64,000 nt of DNA. Origin: Rhodospirillales bacterium (lineage in GTDB: Bacteria; Pseudomonadota; Alphaproteobacteria; Rhodospirillales; Casp-alpha2). The position numbers and the translations under genes are program-made. The stretch is from positions 4,230,714-4,294,713 of the forward strand of contig OZ244953.1 of assembly GCA_965222355.1 (NCBI GenBank). Reading direction: 5' to 3'. How positions within the stretch are numbered: the first letter of the stretch is position 1; every line of letters begins with the position of its first letter. Under the pieces are notes generated by a model that saw nothing but the letters and a program-made list of their open reading frames with translations, made no database searches and was not told the DNA's origin. This document shows positions 57,202-64,000 of this stretch, piece after piece.

Positions 57202-57885
57202 ATGACGTTTTCCATCGTCGCCAGATGCCGCAACACCGGCATGTTCGGGGTCGCCGTCACATCGTCGTCACCCGCGGTCGCCGCCAGGTGCGCGTTCGCG
57301 GAAGCGGGTGTCGGGGCGGTCGCATCGCAGAACATCACCGACCCCTCGCTCGGCAAGCGCGGGCTTGGCCTGTTGCGCGCCGAAGCCGACGCGCTGGAAA
57401 CCATCGAAACGCTTCTGAGCAGCACCGAGCATATGGACTATCGTCAGGTCATGGTCATCGACCGTTCCGGCGACGCAGCCATTCATTCGGGCAAGCACAC
57501 CCTTGGCACGTGGGGTGAAGCCGTCACGAAAAACGCCGCTGCCGCCGGGAATCTTCTCGCCGATAAATCCGTGCCCCGAAGCATGATCCACGCCTTCGAG
57601 GAAACCGAAAGTTCAGGCATGCACTTGGCCGACCGTTTGATGGACGTGCTCCGCGCCGGTCTCGAGGCCGGCGGCGAAGCGGGCCCGATCCATTCGGCGG
57701 GGATCAAGGTGGTGGACCGGGTCTCGTGGCCGATTGTCGATCTGCGGGTCGACTGGGCGGACGACGGCCCGGTCGCGGCATTACAGAAACTTTGGGAGCT
57801 CTATAAGCCGCAGATGGATGACTACGTGACCCGCGCGCTCGATCCCTCGACCGCACCGAGCTATGGGGTCCCCGGCGACGAGTAA
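57202..57885 (+). CDS. DUF1028 family protein (Ntn-hydrolase-like)
   Basis: MTFSIVARC...G.FGVAV, GAVASQ, AAGNLL, EAGGE, DLRVD. Confidence 0.9.
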   Translation: MTFSIVARCRNTGMFGVAVTSSSPAVAARCAFAEAGVGAVASQNITDPSLGKRGLGLLRAEADALETIETLLSSTEHMDYRQVMVIDRSGDAAIHSGKHTLGTWGEAVTKNAAAAGNLLADKSVPRSMIHAFEETESSGMHLADRLMDVLRAGLEAGGEAGPIHSAGIKVVDRVSWPIVDLRVDWADDGPVAALQKLWELYKPQMDDYVTRALDPSTAPSYGVPGDE

Positions 57886-57981
57886 CCCCTCACCCGGCTC
57901 GCTCCGCTCGCCACCCTCTCCCAAAGGAGAGGGATTCTCGATGCGGCGTCCCCTCTCCCAAGGGAGAGGGACAGGGTGAGG
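57886..57981. repeat. Family B palindromic intergenic element
   Basis: CCCCTCACCCGG...CCCTCTCCCAAAGGAGAGGG...CCCTCTCCCAAGGGAGAGGGACAGGGTGAGG, between convergent genes. Confidence 0.9.
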
Positions 57982-57986
57982 ATCTT

Positions 57987-59624
57987 TCAATCCCTAAGGA
58001 TAACCGGTTCGGGCGGCTCTTTCCCACGGATCATATCTGACGCCTTTTCGGCGATCATGATGGTCGGCGCATTCAGATTGGCCGACGGCATCATCGGCAT
58101 CACGGAGGCATCGATAACGCGAAGCCCTTCGATCCCGTAAACCCTGAGTTCGTCATCGACGACCGCCGTCGGATCGGTCCGGGGGCCCATCCGGCAGGTC
58201 CCCATCGGATGGAACGTCGTCGTACCCCGCTCTTTCGCGACCTGCAGGTATTCGTCGTCGGTATGAATGTCCTTGGCCGGATAGATCCAGTGATCGAAGT
58301 AGGGTTTCATCGGTTCCGTCAGGATCATCCGGCGCGCCAGCTTCATGGCGGCGATCAAGACCTGCCTATCGGTTTCGTGTTCCAGATAGCGCGGATTGAT
58401 GACCGGCTTCTCGAACGGGTCCGCGGACACTGCGCGGACATAGCCGCTCGCTTCCGGGCGTTGCTGCCACGACGCGATGGTCATGCCGGGGAAATCGTCC
58501 AGCTCGGATTGCACGCCTTCTTTGTAACTCGCCGGCGTGAAGGTGAACTGCACGTCGTTGTTCTGGATATCCGGGTTTGAGCGCCAGAAGCAATAGATCA
58601 CGGTCGGGCTGAGGGACAGGATACCCTTTCGGGTCAGCCCCCAGCGCGCGATCTCGCCCAGAAGGTTGAGGCCCTTGGTTCGCTCGTTGAGGGTCTTGAT
58701 GTTCTTGACCCTCGCCGTGAAGCGCGGCGCGTAGTGATCGCGAAGATTCTCGCCGACACCCGGCAGGGCGTGCTTCACCTCAATCCCCAGCGACTTCAGG
58801 AAGTCCGGATCACCGATCCCGGACAGCTGTAACAGCTGCGGCGAATTGATCGTCCCGCCGGACAGAATCACTTCGCGCCGGGCCATGACTTGATCCGACT
58901 TGCCGCCGCGCCCCCCTTTGCTGAAGGCGACGCCCATCGCGCGCTTGTTCTCGAGGATGATCCGCGTTGCATGCGCGTTGGTGATGACTTTCACGTTGCC
59001 GCGTTTTTGGGCCGGCCGCAGGAACGCCCTGGCCGTCGACATCCGCCGGCCGTCTGCAATGGTCCGCTGCGAATACGAAACCCCCTCCTGCTTGGCGCCG
59101 TTGTAATCTTCCGCTCTCGGAATGCCGATGGTCTGACAGCCTTCGATGAAAGCTTCGGTCAGGGGGTGCGACCAATCGATGTTGGTCACTTTCAACGGCC
59201 CTTCACGGCCGCGGAACGTCTCGTCCCCATCGCCGACCCGGCACTCGGATCGTTTGAAGTACGGCAGCACGTCGGCATAACCCCAGCCCCGGTTGCCACG
59301 CTGTGCCCAGTTGTCGTAATCGAGCCGGTTGCCGCGCGTATAGATATGTCCGTTGATGGAACTCGATCCGCCGAGCGTCTTACCGCGCGGGACAGGCACC
59401 GACCGTCCGGCGGTCCAGTCCGTCGGCTCGGTCCCGTAAAGCCAGTTCACTTTCGGGTCCTTGATGGTGTAGATGAAGCCCGCCGGGATATGGATGAACG
59501 GGCTCAGATCCGGTGGTCCGGCCTCGAGCACACAGATACTGACGTTGGGGTCTTCGCCCAGCCGATTGGCGAGCACGCTGCCCGCCGAGCCCGCGCCGAC
59601 GATGACGTAATCGAACGTTTCCAT
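57987..59624 (-). CDS. GMC oxidoreductase (choline dehydrogenase family)
   Basis: FDYVIVGAGSAGSVLANRL, RGKTLGGSSSING, GVGENL.DH, FHPMGTCRMG, N.NAPTIMIAEK. Confidence 0.92.
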   Translation of the reverse strand: METFDYVIVGAGSAGSVLANRLGEDPNVSICVLEAGPPDLSPFIHIPAGFIYTIKDPKVNWLYGTEPTDWTAGRSVPVPRGKTLGGSSSINGHIYTRGNRLDYDNWAQRGNRGWGYADVLPYFKRSECRVGDGDETFRGREGPLKVTNIDWSHPLTEAFIEGCQTIGIPRAEDYNGAKQEGVSYSQRTIADGRRMSTARAFLRPAQKRGNVKVITNAHATRIILENKRAMGVAFSKGGRGGKSDQVMARREVILSGGTINSPQLLQLSGIGDPDFLKSLGIEVKHALPGVGENLRDHYAPRFTARVKNIKTLNERTKGLNLLGEIARWGLTRKGILSLSPTVIYCFWRSNPDIQNNDVQFTFTPASYKEGVQSELDDFPGMTIASWQQRPEASGYVRAVSADPFEKPVINPRYLEHETDRQVLIAAMKLARRMILTEPMKPYFDHWIYPAKDIHTDDEYLQVAKERGTTTFHPMGTCRMGPRTDPTAVVDDELRVYGIEGLRVIDASVMPMMPSANLNAPTIMIAEKASDMIRGKEPPEPVILRD

Positions 59625-59722
59625 CCCTAATCCAATTCAATGGCCGGTTAACCCGGCGTTTCGAAAATACTAGGGATCGGGGGGCTGATTGAAAAGTACG
59701 ATCGGCGGCAATTTCAGGTCGA

Positions 59723-60403
59723 TCAGGCAGTTTTCGGGAAGTCGCGGGGGTCCAGCATCGGATAGCCGAAAGCCTCGAAATCGACGCCGTACAGATCGTT
59801 CACCAGCGCCACGGTATCGTGGGTGTAGCAATTGAGATATTTGAGCTTTTCCGGATTTTCCGCGTCGGGCAGGACGTTGACGTTCAGGTTCCGGACGTCG
59901 CCCAGCACGATGCCGAGATTTCCGGCAAGCGTCCGAAGATCATGATCCAGCGTTTCCGTGCGACCGATCCAGTCGAGCGCCGGCTTGCCGTTCAGGTGCG
60001 TGAATTCGACCATCGGGCAGAAGCTGATCCAGTCCCACGCATTTCGGATATCCGCACACGCGACGTATTGCATCAGGTAGCGGGGAAAATCGTCACCGAT
60101 GACATCGAAGATCGGCTTCTTGGCCGCAATCCAATGCTTCCAACGTGTCGATGCGCGCATGTCCTGTCGATAACTCGAATAAAGCCTGTCGTAGGGATTG
60201 CGGACAAAGGTGAACTTGAAGTAATCGGCATAACGGCCGGCGTCGTCGTATATCGCCAGAAACTTTCTGATCGTCACATGTTCTTCGAAATTGCTGACCG
60301 GATAACCGATGTCGGTGAAGGGTGCCAACGCATGCCTGACAGTCGCCGAACCGCACTTCGGGGTCACGAAATAGAGGTACTTGTAGCGGTCCGAGATCAC
60401 CAT
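59723..60403 (-). CDS. Sulfotransferase family 2 protein
   Basis: 5'-PSB TPKCGSAT, 3'-PB FTFVRNPYDRLYSSY, DFEAFGY. Confidence 0.88.
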   Translation of the reverse strand: MVISDRYKYLYFVTPKCGSATVRHALAPFTDIGYPVSNFEEHVTIRKFLAIYDDAGRYADYFKFTFVRNPYDRLYSSYRQDMRASTRWKHWIAAKKPIFDVIGDDFPRYLMQYVACADIRNAWDWISFCPMVEFTHLNGKPALDWIGRTETLDHDLRTLAGNLGIVLGDVRNLNVNVLPDAENPEKLKYLNCYTHDTVALVNDLYGVDFEAFGYPMLDPRDFPKTA

Positions 60404-60406
60404 CGC

Positions 60407-61225
60407 CTAGCCAGCCTTTCCGGCCGCCGGATGGTCGGCAAACGTTTCGAGCTTGAGAAGACCGTCGGGCACAGACGGATTGTCGGGATGGCTGCAGAAC
60501 AGGCTGAGCGAGTGGATGTTCCCGAAAATGTTTTCGGCGACACCGGCCAGATTGTCGGGACGGTAGAGCGGCACCGGATGACGCCAGACGTCATATCCCA
60601 AACCGCGCACGGTTTCGTAAAGCTCCCGCGACAACGCCTGGCGGTCGTCCTCCAGATAAAGGATCGGCTTGTCGCGCGCGATCACGCCCGACGCCCCCCT
60701 GACGACCGCAGCCTCCATTCCCTCCGCATCGCATTTCAAAACATCGATGACGATATCGCCCAGTATGTCATCCAGCCGGACCACGGCAGTCCAACCCAAT
60801 GCCGGACCGGTCACGGGCTCGAACGTCTCCTGGCGAACGCCGATACCGCCGAAGTTGAAGTCCTGATCCGGATTCAGATCGGGCACCTGGGCGCGGCCCG
60901 CCTTGTCCCCCGCCGCCATGTTGTAGGCGCCGACGTTGATGCAGTTATTATTTATGAGGTTGGCGCAGAGCATCTGAAAACAAAGACGTTGCGGCTCGAA
61001 GGTAATGACGCGGCCGTTCCTTACGTGACGTGCGAGCGGCACCGTGTGCGCACCCACGTTGCCGCCGACTTCGACCACGGTCGCGGTATCGGGGATGAAC
61101 GGTAACAGGGTGATGATTTCCCCCATCGACCACTCACCATATGTCAGCAGCGATTTACCGATGTATTGGTCTTTTGGATTGGCGGTCCATTTATATCCGC
61201 CGATATCCGCATGAGCGAACTGCAT
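60407..61225 (-). CDS. FkbM-family methyltransferase
   Basis: DQYIGKSL..YGEWS, VVEVGGNVGAHT, FEPQ, KCDAEGME..V..GA. Confidence 0.9.
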   Translation of the reverse strand: MQFAHADIGGYKWTANPKDQYIGKSLLTYGEWSMGEIITLLPFIPDTATVVEVGGNVGAHTVPLARHVRNGRVITFEPQRLCFQMLCANLINNNCINVGAYNMAAGDKAGRAQVPDLNPDQDFNFGGIGVRQETFEPVTGPALGWTAVVRLDDILGDIVIDVLKCDAEGMEAAVVRGASGVIARDKPILYLEDDRQALSRELYETVRGLGYDVWRHPVPLYRPDNLAGVAENIFGNIHSLSLFCSHPDNPSVPDGLLKLETFADHPAAGKAG

Positions 61226-61254
61226 GGCCTTTCTGCCCCGGCCGCCGCGTCGGG

Positions 61255-61656
61255 TTATGCCGCGCCGGACAGACGCGTGACGTGACGTTCCAGCCGCGCC
61301 ACCATTTCCTGCATAGTCATGTTCTTGCGGAGATAGTCCTTGGCGCCGCCGATCATTGCATCCTGCACCGACTCTTCGTCTTCGAGGAATGTCATCATCA
61401 CAACGTATGGCGCGGGTTCTTCGTCCTCGAACGCTTCCAGCACTTCAATGCCGTTCATGTTCGGCATGCGGATATCCAGCAACACCAGATCGGGGTTCGT
61501 GTCGCGGTAGAGTTGGATTCCCTCTTCGCCGTCGCCGGCTTCGCCGACGATCTCGCAGTTGAGCGCCATCAGTGCGGCAACCACCACGCGACGCATCAGT
61601 TCGTCATCGTCGATAATGATGGCGCGGACTGTTTTTCCGGCTCCGGCTTCGTTCAT
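61255..61656 (-). CDS. Single-domain response regulator (CheY-like)
   Basis: IIDDD, LVLLDIRMP.MNG, MMT, GAKDYLRK. Confidence 0.9.
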   Translation of the reverse strand: MNEAGAGKTVRAIIIDDDELMRRVVVAALMALNCEIVGEAGDGEEGIQLYRDTNPDLVLLDIRMPNMNGIEVLEAFEDEEPAPYVVMMTFLEDEESVQDAMIGGAKDYLRKNMTMQEMVARLERHVTRLSGAA

Positions 61657-61712
61657 CGCTCACACTCGCACGTAGAATTCAGATTGCCGGGAGAATAGCG
61701 CAGCAATGCCGC

Positions 61713-61749
61713 AAAACGAAAGCCCCGAAGCCATTATGGCTCCGGGGCT
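61713..61749 (-). terminator. Rho-independent terminator after xsc
   Basis: Minus strand reads AGCCCCGGAGCCA-TAA-TGGCTTCGGGGCT then TTCGTTTT. Confidence 0.75.
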
Positions 61750-61777
61750 GAACGCGTAACTTGCGAAGCGGGTTCAG

Positions 61778-63556
61778 TTAATCGGCGCCCGCCTGCGGCT
61801 GCATATCGGCGGCGCTGATGCCGGCAACCTGCGTCGGCGCCTTCATGGCATCGCGGCGGAACGGCTCACCCAGTTCCTGGTTGATCAGTGCTTCGATGAA
61901 CACCGTCTCGCCGTTCTTCTGGGCTTCGATGGCCTTACCGAGTTCCTCGGTCAGTTGTTCCATCGTCGCCACCTGCACACCCTTCACGCCGCAAGCTTCG
62001 GCGATCTTGGCGTATTGGACGTCGAGGTCGAGCTCGGTGCCGACGAAGTTGTCGTCATACCAGAGGGTGGTGTTGCGCTTTTCCGCGCCCCACTGATAGT
62101 TGCGGAAGATCACCATCGTGATCGCCGGCCATTCTTCGCGTCCGACAGCGGTCATTTCGTTCATCGAGATACCGAACGCCCCGTCACCGGCGAAACCGAT
62201 CACCGGCGTATCCGGGCACGCGATCTTGGCGCCGACGATTGACGGGAAGCCGTAACCGCAAGGACCGAACAGGCCAGGGGCGAGATAGCGGCGGCCCTTT
62301 TCGAAGGTCGGGTAGGCGTTGCCGATGGCGCAGTTGTTGCCGATGTCGGACGACATGATGAAGTCCTTCGGCAGCGCCGCCTGTATGGCGCGCCACGCCA
62401 TACGCGGCGACATCCAGTCGGGTTTCGCATCACGGGCGCGCTGGTTCCACGTGGTGCCCGGATCGTCGTCTTCATGGTCCATCGACGAAAGCTGCTGCAG
62501 CCAGGCGGAGCGGGTCTGGTGAATGGTCTCTTCACGCTCCTTGCGGTTGGCATCGCCGGCGTCGGCGGGCAACTGAGCCAGAATTTGCTCGGCGACCAGT
62601 TTGGCGTCGCCCTGGATCGCGACCGAAACTTTCTTGGTCAGACCGATGCGGTCGGCGTTCATATCGACCTGGATCACTTTCGCGTCTTTCGGCCAGTAAT
62701 CGATCCCGTACCCCGGCAGCGTCGAGAACGGATTAAGGCGCGTGCCCAGGCACAGCACCACGTCGGCTTTGGAGATCAATTCCATGCCCGCTTTCGAGCC
62801 GTTGTAGCCGAGCGGCCCGGCGAACAGCGGATGCGAACCCGGGAACGCGTCGTTATGCTGATAGCCGCAGCAGACCGGCGCGGAGAGTTTCTCGGCCAGC
62901 GCGGCCGAGGCCGGAATACCGCCCGACAGCACCACACCGGCGCCGTTCAGGATGACCGGGAACTTGGCCGACGCCAAAAGCTTGGCCGCTTCGGAAACCG
63001 CTTTCGCACCGCCCGCCGGACGCTCGAGGCGCACGATTTCGGGAATTTCGATATCGACGACCTGGGTCCAATAGTCGCGCGGCACGTTGATCTGCGCCGG
63101 GGCGGAACCACGCCACGCCTGTTCGATCACCCGGTTCAGGACTTCGGCGATCCGCGTCGGGTCGCGCACTTCTTCCTGATAGCAGACCATATCTTCGAAC
63201 AAAGCCATCTGCGGAATTTCCTGGAAACCACCCTGACCGATGGTCTTGTTGGCGGCCTGCGGGGTGACGAGAAGCAGCGGCGTGTGGTTCCAGTACGCCG
63301 TCTTGACCGGCGTCACGAAGTTGGTGATGCCCGGGCCGTTCTGCGCGATCATCATGCTCATCTTACCGCTGGAGCGGGTAAAGCCGTCGGCCATCATGCC
63401 GGCGTTGCACTCATGCGCGCAGTCCCAGAACGTGATCCCGGCGGTCGGGAACAGGTCCGACACCGGCATCATGGCAGACCCGATAATACCGAACGCGTGT
63501 TCGATCCCATGCTTCTGCAGAACTTTTACGAATGCTTCCTCAGTCGTCATTTTCAT
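61778..63556 (-). CDS. xsc: Sulfoacetaldehyde acetyltransferase
   Basis: MKMTTEEAFVKVLQ.HGIEHAFGIIGSA, WDCAHE, QNGPGITNFVT..KTAYWNHTP, SSDIGNNCAIGNAYP.F, QWGAEKRN, GEPFRRDAM. Confidence 0.95.
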   Translation of the reverse strand: MKMTTEEAFVKVLQKHGIEHAFGIIGSAMMPVSDLFPTAGITFWDCAHECNAGMMADGFTRSSGKMSMMIAQNGPGITNFVTPVKTAYWNHTPLLLVTPQAANKTIGQGGFQEIPQMALFEDMVCYQEEVRDPTRIAEVLNRVIEQAWRGSAPAQINVPRDYWTQVVDIEIPEIVRLERPAGGAKAVSEAAKLLASAKFPVILNGAGVVLSGGIPASAALAEKLSAPVCCGYQHNDAFPGSHPLFAGPLGYNGSKAGMELISKADVVLCLGTRLNPFSTLPGYGIDYWPKDAKVIQVDMNADRIGLTKKVSVAIQGDAKLVAEQILAQLPADAGDANRKEREETIHQTRSAWLQQLSSMDHEDDDPGTTWNQRARDAKPDWMSPRMAWRAIQAALPKDFIMSSDIGNNCAIGNAYPTFEKGRRYLAPGLFGPCGYGFPSIVGAKIACPDTPVIGFAGDGAFGISMNEMTAVGREEWPAITMVIFRNYQWGAEKRNTTLWYDDNFVGTELDLDVQYAKIAEACGVKGVQVATMEQLTEELGKAIEAQKNGETVFIEALINQELGEPFRRDAMKAPTQVAGISAADMQPQAGAD

Positions 63557-63884
63557 TGGCTTGGTTCCTTGTTTGCCAGCGAGCCGGCCCCTCCCCGGGC
63601 CAGGCAATTACAGTAATTCAAAAACAAATATATTCAGTAATGAGACTATCTATCCTAATTTTTCATATTATAGCAGCCGCGTCAAACCTATTCCGCACTC
63701 TGGCCGAGGTCGGAATGCCCGCTCCCCCCTATCTCTCATGGCGTAGAGGGCATTGCCTTTCCGGGTAAGGGCCAGCATCGCAGGGATCATGGTGCCAGCA
63801 CCCGCCCTTGGATAAAGCAAAGGCGGCGCCTGCCGGGACTGCACCCGCAAACGCCGCCTCGCAGACGGAAAAGTCCGTCAGGGA

Positions 63885-64000
63885 TTATTTGGCCGCGTCG
63901 CGGTTGATCTGCAGGCGCTTGTTCACGAGATTGACCGTGTCCTCGACCATCTTGGACTGCATGCCGATCCCGTCCGAAAGCGTCTTCACCAGAAGATCCA
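63885..64000 (-). CDS. C-terminal end of an unidentified protein (truncated by window)
   Basis: Open minus-strand frame ...DLLVKTLSDGIGMQSKMVEDTVNLVNKRLQINRDAAK-stop, followed by the hairpin at 63864-63879. Confidence 0.55.
   Translation of the reverse strand, partial: DLLVKTLSDGIGMQSKMVEDTVNLVNKRLQINRDAAK

Overview
GC-rich chromosomal window. The gene families and intergenic palindromes suggest a marine or halotolerant alphaproteobacterium (Rhodospirillales-like; this is inference). Contents in order: (1) 3' end of a HlyD-type T1SS adaptor; an FNR-box-preceded Gly/Met-repeat secreted protein; a hypothetical gene; a VOC protein. (2) A six-gene co-oriented cluster of unknown pathway: GabT, nitrilase-family hydrolase, 913-aa Orn/Lys/Arg decarboxylase, ATP-grasp ligase with a histone-H1-like tail, C45 Ntn-hydrolase, Cys-rich protein. 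(3) DoeD-like aminotransferase, SDR, hemerythrin, SdaA, a divergent two-subunit Fe-S hydro-lyase, TcuAB, class II aldolase, CMD and OYE genes. (4) Ectoine synthesis cluster ectR-ectABC-ask. (5) An orphan ATP-grasp gene and a sulfoacetate activation operon (SauS plus an SCS-like CoA ligase). (6) Zinc uptake: znuABC, zur, DUF1007/RcnA-like pair, and a Zur box. (7) A complete but rearranged Sox thiosulfate-oxidation cluster with a repeated CATATTC-N23-GAATATG operator candidate. (8) DehI-like protein, FMN glutamate-synthase-like protein, GGT, DUF1028, GMC oxidoreductase, sulfotransferase, FkbM, a response regulator, and xsc. Two families of intergenic palindromic (REP-like) elements recur. I saw no rRNA, tRNA, CRISPR array, transposase or integrase. 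All family assignments come from motif recognition and recalled sequences; no database search was run.
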